DNA of 63,801 nt, filler included, from Olpidium bornovanus S191 (taxonomy: Eukaryota; Fungi; Olpidiomycota): the NCBI GenBank assembly GCA_017911155.1. It is 25 parts of 25 records of this genome, joined end to end, with 100 filler letters (N's around TTAATTAATTAA, not from the genome) between each part and the next. Parts side by side here need not be neighbours in the genome. Positions count along the whole stretch, not along the records: positions 24,602 to 31,879 come from JAEFCI010001329.1; positions 31,980 to 33,169 come from JAEFCI010001958.1; positions 33,270 to 35,464 come from JAEFCI010013396.1; positions 35,565 to 37,575 come from JAEFCI010009221.1; positions 37,676 to 42,924 come from JAEFCI010003631.1; 20 more parts are not named here. One strand, 5' to 3'. Position 1 is the stretch's first letter; the number at the start of each line of letters is the position of its first letter. This document shows positions 25,798-38,055 of this stretch, piece by piece. The notes below the pieces were generated by a model that saw nothing but the letters and a program-made list of their open reading frames with translations, was not told the origin of the DNA and ran no database searches. The position numbers and the translations under genes were made by a program.

Positions 25798-27060
25798 CTA
25801 CCTTACCTGGTAGTTGTACGTAATCCACATAGGTGGAGGCTTGTCCGGGAACTTCTTATGGAACTCGACGAGCTCCTCCGACAGGGAAGAATTGTATGCT
25901 TCCACATACGTCAAGAACTCTCGCACAAGGCGAGACCCCGCAGAGCAGTTCGCACGCGCCGTCAAGCCATCGGGCTCGCGGCGAATATGCGGCTTCGAAA
26001 GATAGGCATGGAGCTCGCCCGTCATACGAGATATCGTCAAGCCGGTATCAGCCATCCACCCGCCCGTCAAGTTCTCACAGGCCTTCCCACGCTTAAACGG
26101 GAATTGTGTATGAACAAGAGAGCGGCAGTGGTGGTACCAACGGTTCGCTATCATCGTCGAGGCAAAGCTCCTACACCAACCGCCTAGAAGATCTCCGGTC
26201 TCTTCATCGTATAGCCAAGCCTCCCTCGCCCTACCTTCGGCATCAAGGTTATGCAAGTACAGCACGTCAATTCCATGTTTCCGGCAGAAAAATGTGATCA
26301 GATCCTTGCGCTCTATGGTTTCGGTTTTCTCCCATGTGGGCTGTTTTCTTTACCTTTTGACCTTGAAGAGCAATTGCTTGCCGGCCCGATATTGGTATGA
26401 TAGAATGTTCTCAATGGCTTGCATGTCTGCAATTTCCTCGCGCACCTCTACGGGCATGTCTGTGGTGGTTTCCGCGGGTCCTGCTACTGGTTCGAGGTCC
26501 GCAGGGTTGTAGAGTCGACGTTTGTCTATGGTTACGTCGAAACATTCAATGACTTTGTCGGAGCGCGAGTCACACAGCCTGTACGCCTTGCTGTCATGGA
26601 ATAGCCAACTAGCACCAGCTTCTGAGTGGTGGGTGCAAGCTTGCCCAGCTCTTTGTTGTCCTTCAGGAGATGAGAGTAGGCTGTGCTCCCAATATGCACA
26701 GCCGGTCCAAGTTTAGCTTGTTGTTGTAGAACTCGGTGTGCGGGATTCCTCCGTCATGGTGCTTGTGTGGTGATGTGTTATAAAGGTAAATCATGGTTTC
26801 CCAGATTTTGTTCCACAGCTTTTGGGGTAAGTTGGCGGCAATCATGGTTGATCGCGCCCGGTCAGCCAGTTTCCGGTTGATTCTCCCTACAATCCCATTT
26901 TGCTGGGGTGTTTCTCGGGCAGTTGTCTCGAATGCGGATCCCGCGAGTCTTCAGCCATCCCTGGTAGGAGTCACCTTAAAACTCACCACCGCGGTCTGAG
27001 TGGTGTACCCTGATGGGATAACCAAACTTTTCGTCAAAGGGGATGTAGTTTTTTTTTCCA
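25798..27060 (-). mobile_element. Ty1/copia-type integrase remnant followed in frame by a chromodomain-like segment and an unassigned ORF tail
   Basis: HSDRGGEF; TPQQNGIVGRINRKLADRARSTMIAANLPQKLW; LVLVGYS-HDSKAYRLCD...VIECFDVTID; then IENILSYQYRAGKQLLFKVKR*RKQPTWEKTETIERKDLITFF. Contains frameshifts and stops. Confidence 0.85.
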
Positions 27061-28857
27061 CAGTTCCCCTGGTAAAATGGATCTATCTACCATTTACAAT
27101 CCCCGCCCCCCCCCTTTCCCCACAAGAAAATAACAAACGTAGAGTACAGAGGAGGCAAGAAGCGGAGCGAACGCGCGAAAGGACAGATGAAGGAAGTGCG
27201 AAAGGACGGAGGGCAGGCGAAGAAGCTGACGAGCAGACGAGAGAGAGCGGAAGGGGGAGAGCGAGCGAGAGAGAGAAAACGGGCCGATCGAGGAGCTCAT
27301 CGGGCAAGCTGCTGTGGAAACTCAGCGAGGGGAATTGGAATTAGGGGAGTTATATAAGGAATTTTGCCGCTCCCCTCTAAGACCCGGTGTCTGCCTACAA
27401 CTGCTCCTTCTCCAATCCCGACCTCTCGTCATTCTCCAGATTCGTAAATAATTCTTGAGAAGTCTTCGAATTGGATCTCGCCGATTTTAACGTCGTCGCG
27501 CTCCTCCTCACCGTCCAGGAGTCCACAGCGCTTGGCATCGTCATCGTCATCTTCCTTTTCAACTGCAACGCGTTCAATGACTGACCGTTTTTGAACCCGA
27601 TTGCCGTCTTTTCCTTGTCAACTGTTCGCCGCCACTGCCAGCGTCGTCGAGGGTGAAGCTATCGTTCCCGTTCCTCCAGCGCTGATGCCATACCGCACAA
27701 CCGTCACGTTCGGATACCACAATGGAACAATGCGCTCGACTGTGGAGGGTGTTGGCTCAGCTGGACATCGAAATTTCTGTCTGAGTTGGCGCGCAACGCC
27801 TCGCCGAGTAATTGTGGGCCTTGCGAGGCGACAACATTTTTATTGGGGGGGGGGGTCTTCGTTTCTCGGTAAACTGAAAGGCCCACATTGCCCGCATTAG
27901 AACACAAGGGCAAAGAAGTACCGGTCGCTGCCGGTTGCCGGTGTTCCTGGTCGTCGACGTGGTTGCCTGTATGCAACCTTTTGCGGTCGTTCTCGGAGTG
28001 CGGGGCGTCAATTCTCGTTCGAAGTGTCTTTGTTGACTACAATTCCGTCTGTTCTTGATTCTCGGCCCCTCACCAACTTTCTCCGGTCAAATCACTCAAG
28101 CCTGGAGACATCAGGGCAAGCGCAGTGCCTTGAGTCGGACGCCCCTGCCGTTGATTTTCTCAGCTCCGCCGTACTTGCGGTTCACTGTTCCTGCATTCGT
28201 CCCTTTCACCGACTGCAGTTTTCTGAGATTCCTGCCCCGATGCGGTTTCCGGAACCGCCAGAGGTCGGCCCACTCGTTCTCTCGCTTGCTTGGTGCGCTT
28301 CGTGAGCGTTCGGGGGACTTGGCGCGAAGTCGGCTCCGGAAGCCCGAAGATGGTGCCGGAGTGGGGCGACGCAGGACAGCGCGCGGCAGGAAGTCCCCGC
28401 CTCCGGCCGCCGAGGGGGCGCGTGGGGCTTTCGCGAACCTGCAACTCCCGCACGCGCTCGTGATCGTCCAGCCGCACCATCCCTGCCCGCATCCGCAAAA
28501 CCCCCGGGCGTACATTCCGGTCTCGCGTCGGTCCCATCCTCGATCTCGGTCGCAGTGAGCCGTAGGGACCATTTCGGTGGGAAAACCACCGCGAGCTCGC
28601 TCCGTGAACCAGCTTCGTTTCGCCGCCGCTCGTTCGTTCTTAGTCCGTGGACGAACATCCTCGCAAGACGAGCTCCGCCGGCGGCGAGCACCGGGTGTTC
28701 CGGTATTGGTCGCGTTCGGCTCGGTGTACATGGGCGGAAGCCGCTCCGGGCGAGAGCTGAGAGACGCCCGTAGCGGAAGGGAACTGCAAGCGCTCCTGCG
28801 GCGCTGCACGCCTCGGCGGGCGATCAGGTCGAAGAAAGCGCCGCCGCGCCTTCAACG

Positions 28858-30424
28858 ATGGAACAACCGATGCCGAACGCCCGTGCTTTGCCTACGACCG
28901 CTGAGCAGAAGCACGACCAACAGCAGCAGCAGGATTCTACTAGCCGCAATCACGACGCTCCGTCAAACCTGGGCGCGTGTCCGCTCGGGCCCCGTTGGTC
29001 CAGATCCCACGACAGGCCACGTGCGTCGCTCTACTCGCAATCCCCTTCAGGCAGCTCCATGACCGCCGACGCGCTGCACGAGCCAGCGAGCAGCAAAGGC
29101 CTCCGTGCAGAGTTGGATCAGCGGAACGGTGCTCCCGCTGGGACCGCGGAAAGGGCCAAAAATATCACGCAAAGTTTTGGACGGGATCAGCACGCGTCCA
29201 TGTTGGGAGTGTCTTTTTTCGGATACAGCTGGCCAATACTTCTGGCGGTTTTCCCGCCGCTCGGCAGTCTATGTTTTGGGAGCGTCGAGGCGTGGTCGGA
29301 CTTCTTCTCGCTTGTTCTGATAGGGATTTTTCTCTATCACATAATCAAAGGTACGCACAGCGTCACTTCCGTTGGCTGCTGAGAATCGCAGCAACAAGCT
29401 TCTGGTGACGCACTCGAGGTCTTTCTGACGGTCTGCTTCGTACTTAATTTTTGCTTCCCGGGAACAAGTTCCGTGGGAACTCTATTATGCTGCCGCGGGA
29501 AAGGCTCCCATAACTGATTCAACCGGCACTCCCGCCTCGGAAGACGACAGCTCGGCTCCGCCTAATCCTCGCCGCGAAGCAGCGCGGAGGTCGCTTTGGT
29601 ATCAAGAACGGGCATCCTTGGGCCTGGTGCTTTTGTCGCCGGTTTTCGGCGGGGGAACCCTCTACTTTCTCAAGTCTTCCCTTTCAAACTACGACAAGTA
29701 CTTCAGCGATCTCAGCATTTTGCTATTCGTCCTCGCCGCGTCCTTCCGTCCGCTGGCCCACGTGTTATCTCTCAGCAAAAACAGAGCTGCGATGTTGCAG
29801 CAGAGAGTGCACTTCCCGTACACGGAGGTTGGAGTTCTCCGTCAGCGCATCGATGCGCTGGAGGTAGCGTTGGCGTCGCTGAAGGAGACTGTCGCTACTT
29901 CGCAAAGGGAAGTGGCGGAAGGGACGACAAAAGCCGTGGTGCCGCAACTCCAGGAGATCAGCAAGGCCCTTAAGAGGAGCGAACGACGGGACGGATTCTT
30001 GCGGGGCTACTCGGAGGAGCGGTTTCAGACGCTTGAGAGCCGGATGCGCGAGCAGGAGAATGGCTTGCAATTGATTGCCGCCCAGATTGCGGCGTTGCGC
30101 TCCATGCGCACGCAGCAAACTTCCACCCGTGTTGACGCCGCGTCCCCCGGGCTTCCTCGGGGAGATTGGGTAGCAAAAGAAGTCGAACGACCTGTCGCTC
30201 CACGCGCGAGCGGCGGGGTGATATCCTCCGCTTTATCTCTCATGGCAACCACGGCTCTTTTGCCAGTCACTTCGGTCGCGTGGGTCTGCGCGTTCTTCGT
30301 TCACATGCTACCCTTTTGGTTCTTCGCGTCTCGGCCCAAGCTGAGGACACTTGATGAGCGCTTCCTGGACGACGAAGGAGTGGGAGGTCTCTGTAGGGAC
30401 CAGAGGCGAGGCCGGAACAGCTGA
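28858..30424 (+). CDS. Fungal multi-pass membrane protein of unknown function with C-terminal coiled-coil (exons 28858-29350, 29469-30424)
   Basis: SWPILLAVFPPLGSLCFG..WSDFFSLVLIGIFLYHIIK|VPWELY, further hydrophobic segments and a heptad region. In-frame GT-AG intron. Confidence 0.85.
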
Positions 30425-30639
30425 AGGGCGTTCCTCTGACTTCATGATTTGTTCAATTCCCCATAACTCGACGGTCTTCCGCCGTTCACGTTTTTTTTTT
30501 GGCTTTTGTTTTTGATTTTCTTTTTCTTGGCTTTTTGTTCGATGTGCGCCGATTTCGTCTGGCCGATTTCTGTTTTCGTCTACCAGGGACGTCCCACGTA
30601 TCCGGGAGGCCGGGCCTTACTGGATTGCGGCAATTCCAT

Positions 30640-31560
30640 TCCTCACCTCCACTGGAGCTCGAGAATTCACTTAAACGTACGTATTCGACGAGTAGGCCGG
30701 AAGAAAACCTATCTCGACTCCTTTTGTAGACAGACACTCGTTCTTCCTTCTGTGTGGCGACCTCCTTTCCATTGTACATATACCAAGTGGCCGTGATTCC
30801 CTCTACCGCAAGTCCGTTTTAGTTCTCAGCCCCTTTTCCTTACGCGACGGCGCGTTTTGGCACTTTACCCTCTTTTGATGAGCCTGGCGATGTGTACTTC
30901 TGGAGAAATCTGGACGTTCTATGGGTCATGCCTGTGAGATACGGAATTAGTCAAAAGGGAGATTACCCCCTCTTCTCCGAGTACCCAAGCGACTTCGTCC
31001 GCCACGTAGGGCGAAGTAGCGCAGAAGGCGGAGCGTATGTTCTGTGATTTGGTGCGTCTTTTCTCCGAAATCAAGTCGACAAGCACCGACAGGTCAAACG
31101 AGCCAAAGGTGCAAACCCGGCACGATGTGGTTGCCTTTCACACCGCGCGGACACTAGGGACATTCTCAGGCGGCGATTGCTCTGGGACTTTCCATCCCCA
31201 TGCACGCACACACTTCCACGGGCCCATTAGCTCCTAATCTTCTTGCCCGAATTGGCACCTCGTGACTGCTTCGCGCACAGCTCGGACTGGTGTGCCGCCG
31301 TATCAAAGTACTAATCTTCACATTACCCTAAATAAAGAGAAAACTGAGCGCGCCCTTGTCTCCGCGGCTGATCAAATTCCGCGCCCATTTTTCCGAGTCT
31401 TTAAAGAGAACTGCAGATGGGAAATGCCCTCGAATTCCCCTCCAAAACGCTTGAGGACTCTCGTGCAGCCAACATCGACCTCACTTTCTTGTTGCCTTAT
31501 GCGCATATGCAAAAGAACGTTTCTGGATATTCCATCAAGCGCATACAAATAATCGTACGA
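30640..31560 (-). CDS. Possible multi-exon hypothetical gene
   Basis: Short open exons with GT-AG ends join as ...HTLRLLRYFALRGGRSRLG|MTHRTSRFLQKYTSPGSSKE|EGITATWYMYNGKEVATQKEERVSVYKRSRDRFSSGLLVEY. No family recognised. Confidence 0.35.
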
Positions 31561-32215
31561 TCCTAATGCATTTAGGATACAGCGTACGTATTATATTTTT
31601 GAATCCGCCGTATCTCTTCCTTTTCCTTTTTTGAACCGCCGCCTTTTTTTTTTGGACGGCCACCGGCGAACCATTCTTCCTTCTTTTTGAATTTGCAGCA
31701 TCAGTTTCCAAAACCACAAGCCCGCCGGCTCCTATTAGGGATCCCTTCCCCTCTCTTAAAATTGTCTCTAATTCGCTTCATTGTCGTTGTATCCACTAAG
31801 TCCTACCGGGGTTCAGAGAGATGATTGATGCTCCTGCAGCCGGTCAATCACGAACCCGGGGGGGGGGGGGGGGGGGGCCNNNNNNNNNNNNNNNNNNNNN
31901 NNNNNNNNNNNNNNNNNNNNNNNTTAATTAATTAANNNNNNNNNNNNNNNNNNNNNNNNNNNNNNNNNNNNNNNNNNNNCAAACATGTATTTTTACGTGG
32001 CATAAAATATTCGTCGACATTTTTCCACTATGGTCACTGTTTTCCTTCACCGGCAAGAGGTCGGCCAGATGTCAGCGAGCGCGCAAGGGGCCGGGGGGGG
32101 TGGGGGGGGGGGGGGGGGGGGGAGGAGGTAGGGAAAGTTTGCGAGAGACTATGTAAACAAGCAAATTCAACGCGGTCCCCGAGCCTTGGGTGACAAACGC
32201 AACGTAAGTTCTTAC

Positions 32216-32606
32216 GGCGGAGAGCTCCTCGGCCTCGTCCAGCCGCTGCTTGAGGTCGCCGATCTGCAACTGTGCGTCTGTGACGATCTGAATGCGCGTG
32301 GCGTCACAACCAGTCCGGGTTTTGAGTGCTCGACGGATTCACTGGCCTGCTGCCGTCGGCGGAGGCGCGCACAGAACGTACATCGCAGATCTCTTCCTCA
32401 TATACCCGGGCAAGGTCGCTCGTCTCGACCGCGTGGTCCTCCTGCCGGGTATTGAGGTAGTAGACGACCTTGGTCAGCTGGGCTATCTTCTTGGACATGC
32501 GGTAGATCGTCTCTCCAGCGTTCCCCGGCCGGCCGCCGGCAGAGCTCGCCGACGACATGCCGTCGGCGTCCGCAACGGCGGCTTGCTTCTTGGCGGACCG
32601 GGCCAT
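32216..32606 (-). CDS. FAM184: FAM184-like coiled-coil protein, N-terminal exons 32606-32382 and 32287-32216
   Basis: RMSKKIAQLTKVVYYLNTRQEDH...YEEEICD|IVTDAQLQI closely resembles the FAM184A/B N-terminal signature MSKKIAQLTKVIYxLNT...HEEEIQQI. Confidence 0.85.
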
Positions 32607-33134
32607 TACAGCTCGGCTCGTCGGATGTCAGCACGACGGGTCTCGCCTTGGGGGTGTCTTTTTTGTTTTTTATTTTCTATTTTTTTTTTTGTTTTTTTTT
32701 TGTTTTCCGCTTTGAGTAAACAGGCTCGGGGCTGGCTCTGTGTCAATCTCTCACTCTCTCTATGGTTTCTGTCTTCCCCTAAAATGTCTTTTCTGGTCTC
32801 TCGCTGCTCACTCACTCACTCACTCACTCTCACTCTCTGCTCTCACTCTCTGCTATCTCTCTCTGCTCTCCCTCTGCTCTCTCTCTCTGCTCTCCCTCTG
32901 CTCTCTCTGACGGGCTCCGTGGCCGGTGGAAAACGGCGGCCGCTTCGTTCTCCGCCGTCTCGTCCCCCGAATCCTCCTCCCCCGCCGTGCCGGGGGGGAG
33001 GGGGGGGGGGGGGGGCCCGGGCATTCTTTTTTTTTTTGCCCCCTTCATCCTGAGAGCACCGTCATCCCACCCGCCCTCTCGTGCGGCACACGCGCGCGCG
33101 CACGCACGCGCCCACGTCGGGAACAACACCGAAA

Positions 33135-33169
<35 letters not shown>

Positions 33170-34954
33170 NNNNNNNNNNNNNNNNNNNNNNNNNNNNNNN
33201 NNNNNNNNNNNNNTTAATTAATTAANNNNNNNNNNNNNNNNNNNNNNNNNNNNNNNNNNNNNNNNNNNNCATGAGCCGCGCAAGCGTGATCACCGTACCC
33301 CAAAAATCTTGAAAGAAATTTACACAGGAGATTCCGCGTACAAGTCAACACGTGACTGCGGAAAATTTGTGTTCCTGTGCCGCATTGTTAAAAGCTCTAG
33401 CCGGTCCCAAAAGACGGAGACCTTTGCCCAGGGAGCACCATCAGTGCGAGTCCTGACCGGCGGTCCCAAATCCGGGGGCGATAACGAGGCGTCTCCCACA
33501 CGAATCAGGGCCTGGCCGAGACGCGCAAATGTGAGAAGCTTGATCTGCTGGCACAAATGACGACCCGTTCCGCGATACGGCCGACGGAATGCCGGGGGCC
33601 GCCGAAGCACGCGCCGGCCACCCCGCCAAGCGCGTCGGCGGCGCATAAGCTTCGTTTCCAACCGAAGAGGTATACGAGTGATCCCGCTGGCCTCGGCGCC
33701 CCGCGATCCCTTGCGATCTCAATTATTTTTTTTTTTTTTTTTTTTGGCTCCAGGCCTTTGCCCGTTTTTATTCGTTTCGCATTTTGAAATTTCGCACCGA
33801 AGTTCGGGAAAGCGGACCGGTCTCTTTTGGGGCGGAATGCGGCGGAAACGACGGTCTCCGGCCGCTTCGACTTCTAAGACTTCTTTTTCTCCTTTTGCCT
33901 GTAATTTTTTCCCCGCAACCACCACCTGCCTTTATCATCGCATGCGGACCCGCAACGGGAATGTTTTGAGGCTCAAACGGGAAAGCGCGGTTGCGCGAAG
34001 CGCGCCATGCGGAAAGTGCTTCGTTTTCGGCGTTTCCGTTCTGTTTTCCATGAACGCGGACGCCGACAAAAAATCACACATTCGTCATCCAACCGCGCCC
34101 ACGGCTGCTGCCGTCTAGCGCACGACGACGGATGTGGCCCGCAAGGGGCCAGTCCCTAACAGCGCTTTCGGGGGCGCACTCTGGCTGCTCGCGGCCTGCC
34201 CTTGCCGCGCCGGCATCACCTTTTGTGTGTCGGCAGTTCCAACTCCGTGTTGGGGGGTGCGTTCATCCGCGCGCCTACCTGGTGGGGTAGTGTTGAACTA
34301 GGGAAATGGCCCCACCGCTATGTACTTCCATTCTGTAAGAAGTGAGCTTGTTCAGCAGCCCAGCTGCGCCCCTGAGTGCGTGCTGAAAATTTGTTCGCGT
34401 ACCTGCGAGACTGGCGTTGTTCAACATTCTTGCCGAACGTAATGGTGCTCAAGGGCGAGCTAGGCTCGGTTGACGGCCGGGATTATCACGTTGTTTGTCG
34501 CCCGCAAACTGTCTTCGTTCTTGTAACCGGAGCCCAACAACTCTGCCGGATCCGCTGAGCTTTCTCCGTCAGTTGTCAGCTCGGGCAGCGACTCGCGCTT
34601 TTATATCATACATACGCACCGGTTGCCGCGATGATTGGGCTTGTCATCGTCTGCCAACGGGAAGCTATCCCCCGGGTTGTGTCACCTGCCAACCTGGAAG
34701 CCGTATTTGCCAACGCTGTGTTTCCTGCCAGCGTGAACTCGAGGAGGCGTCGAGTCAACGCGTTCTCACGAAGATTTGGACCTTGGCTTCGAATGTGCCC
34801 GAGAACGACGACGTCCTTGCCTGAAGTCGACGACCTGTGCTGGCGCTCCGCGGATGCTGTCTTCGTCGCCTTTGAGCGCGTTTCGAGCCAACCGCTTGCA
34901 AATTTTCGGATTATTCTGCGCGAGCGCGTGCGCACCTGGGCTCGTACCTTCCGT

Positions 34955-34989
<35 letters not shown>

Positions 34990-35109
34990 CTTTTCTGTTT
35001 ACTTTTTGGGCTTCTCCCGGCGCGTCTGGGATCGTCTTTTCCGACCGCCGCACTGGCGAAAAAGAAGACGCAACGCAGGCCGGCAATCTTTTTCCCTCCG
35101 GAATAAAGG

Positions 35110-35464
35110 ATGGCCGTGAGCAAGGCAGCGAAGTCGCCGGCCAAGAAGAAGAGGGGAAAGGGAAGGAGGAAGAAGCGCGACGATAAGGAATACGTGCTGG
35201 ACGACAGGGGCAACTGGGGCACCGTGCTCGCGCTGCAGTATCAGAAAGCGTGAGTCGCCGGAAGAGCCCGCCGGGGCCGAGGGAGGGTGCCCGCGCCGGA
35301 ATTCACGAAGTCTTGGCGGCGATCTGCGCGATCGCACGATCCGATCGCCGGCCCGGACGGCACGGAACTTACCCAAGGAAGCGGGGGTCCGCCCTTTCCA
35401 CTTCCTCCTTCTGCCCAGCCTTGAAGAAGTGACCGCCAAGCTCGCCGCCGCCCGCAAAACCATG
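35110..35464 (+). CDS. Possible hypothetical protein fragments
   Basis: Lys-rich frame ...DDKEYVLDDRGNWGTVLALQYQK with a GTGAGT donor, and EAGVRPFHFLLLPSLEEVTAKLAAARK at the contig end. The splice phases do not reconcile. Confidence 0.3.
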
Positions 35465-35565
35465 NNNNNNNNNNNNNNNNNNNNNNNNNNNNNNNNNNNN
35501 NNNNNNNNTTAATTAATTAANNNNNNNNNNNNNNNNNNNNNNNNNNNNNNNNNNNNNNNNNNNNA

Positions 35566-35598
<33 letters not shown>

Positions 35599-35734
35599 AG
35601 GAAATCGACGGCGGTTTTGGTTACGATGATGTCCGCTCCCGCCAATTTTTTTTTCATGGGAAGTGGTAGGTTTTTTTATTAAAAAAAAGGCTTCCCTTCC
35701 ATCTTTCCTCCCCGCTTACACGCGCACACAAACG

Positions 35735-37364
35735 TTACCCACCGGATCCGGCTGCGGCGGCGGCGGGCGCGGCGGCGGCGGCCGCCGCCGCGCTGGCGGA
35801 ACTCTTCGTGCGCGATTTGGCGGACGCCGCGTCGTCGGCGTCTTTCGACCCGCAGTTCGGCGGCATCTTTTCGGCGCACTCCTCGTGGAATTTCTCTCCG
35901 CACTGCGCGCATTTCATCACGTCGCCGTTCCCAGCGGCCCAGAACATGTGATCGCAGTACTGGAAACGGCACATGAAAAAAAAGGGAAAAAAAAAAGAAT
36001 TTCAGCGCCACGGACAGCGCGCTCGATGAGACGGGAGAAGGGACTTAAAATAAAAAAAAAGTCGTGAGAATAAATACCGCCCCCCCCCCCCCACATCGGT
36101 TTTCGGAAAAAGCAACGAGCAAAACGCAAAAAATTAAATAATTCCAGCGCCTCCCGGTGGGAGAGGTAGGGGGGAGAGGAGAAAAATAGAAGGCTCGTAC
36201 ATTGCATTTGCCGACGGGCAAGCCTCCGGTTACGGGTTGAAAACGATGCGCGGTGGCAGACGCTGCCGGGACGGAGATTGCGTGCGCGAGGGGAACACGG
36301 GGAACATGTTTTTGGGAAGGTGGGTGGGGGAGAGAGGGGGGGTTTCCCGTCTAGCGGCCTTATCCCCGACCGTTTCCCCATTCTCGCCCTTCCCTACCCC
36401 CCACCCCCCCTTTCCTTCCCGCGTTTTCTTTTTTCTTTTTCGCCCTGCCCTATTTCCGGACGAACCTGGTGACCTGCATTCATTCAAGATGCCGGAGGAC
36501 TTTGACATCATCTGCCGAATGAATTTTTTTTTTACGGCGTGCGCTTTAGTAGACTTTCCTTTGCAAACGAAAGAGACGGGGGGAGGACAGAGAGAGAGAA
36601 AGTGACCGGCGACCGCCGCCGCCTAGAAGGGACGCGGGCCAGACAACACTCGCCTTGGCCGCCGCCGAGGAGAAGGCTGCGCTGATGGTAGCGGCCGAGC
36701 CCTTCTTCAGGGAACTGCCGGACAGGGTCACCCGGCCCTTCTTCTTGAGCGAGCTCTCGAGGTTGACGGATTTTGCCGACCGGGCGTCGCTCGCCTCCGG
36801 CGGGGACGACGAGCCGTCGTGGAGGGAAACCAGGATCGTCATGTCGGACTCCGAGCCGGCGGGCCCCCCGTCGGCCGCGTCTTCCGCCGGCGCGCCGTCC
36901 GGCGGCCTGCCGGAAGAAGCGCCGCCGCCGCCGCCGTCCTCCGCTTCGGCGGTATCCACCGTCAGAACCGATACCCGGGGAGCGGAGCTGGACGTCTCCA
37001 TCGGCTCGGAGGAGAAAAGGAAGGAGGGCCCGGCGGCCTGGGCATCGGCGGAATTCTCCGCGCACAACGTCCCCGTCGTCGTCGACTTTGGGATGGTCCT
37101 TTTGGTCGCGGCGGCGCTGCCGGCCCCGCCGCCGCCGCCGCCGCGCTGTTCCGGCCGGTCCGATTCCTGATTCCGGTGGTCGGACGGTGTCCGCTGCTGC
37201 TCCCGCTTCAGCGCCTCTTCCAGGACGCCGATGCGCAGCTCCGCGGCGGCCAACCGCTGCTCTGCCAGCTCCTTTTCGAAAAGCTTGGCCAAGAGCTCCT
37301 CCACCCTCTCGGTCAGGATCTTGTTTTGGGTCATCTCGTACATCAGTCGTGCTTGGAGTTTCAC
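35735..37364 (-). CDS. Coiled-coil protein with C-terminal C1 (DAG/phorbol-type) zinc finger, 5'-partial
   Basis: Exons 36262-36201 and 35959-35735 join to HRFQPVTGGLPVGKCN|YCDHMFWAAGNGDVMKCAQCGEKFHEECAEKMPPNC, a complete H-C-C-C-C-H-C-C pattern. The upstream exon (37364-~36650) is heptad-rich. The internal junction is uncertain. Confidence 0.75.
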
Positions 37365-37676
37365 TGGCGCGCGAAAAAAAAAAAAAAAAAAAAAAAAAGG
37401 AGAAAAGTATCAGTCAAAAAACAACAACAATACCAGGGCAAAAAAAAAACGGAAATTTCGAAGGGCATGTTGGGCCTGGGCAGTGACGCATTTCGGCCGC
37501 GCACCCCCATTCCACCTCCCCCCAACCCTTTCCCCTGCCCGCCGCCGCCGCCCTCCCCCACCCCGCCCCCCGCCCNNNNNNNNNNNNNNNNNNNNNNNNN
37601 NNNNNNNNNNNNNNNNNNNTTAATTAATTAANNNNNNNNNNNNNNNNNNNNNNNNNNNNNNNNNNNNNNNNNNNNC

Positions 37677-38015
37677 ATGCTCGCCGTCTTCAAAGAGGAC
37701 GCTTTTGTTTTGCCTGTGAGGTTTTCTTTTTCCGTTTCTTATTTTTTTTTTCCTTCTTCTTATTTTTGCGCCCCTCGTCCGGCGCGCGCGCCCCTGTCAT
37801 TCCCGGAAACAAGAAAATCTCAACGTTTTCGCCGTTCGCGACGCGCAGATGACCGAATGGAAGCCGACCGGCCTGAACAAAACGCTCCATTTCGCGAAGC
37901 GCGACTTCCAGGTCAAGCTCGCGGACAGGTGGAACATCTACGGCCGTGACGAATGGAAGCTCAGGTTGGTACCCTGGGCTTTTCGCCTTCCGTGAGCTGT
38001 TGAAGACCCGACGGG

Positions 38016-38055
<40 letters not shown>

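Noticed and set aside
27083-27400. LTR(s) with PPT and TATA on the minus strand
   Set aside because: TGT starts and purine tracts exist (27098, 27399), but no matching CA end or partner LTR could be fixed.
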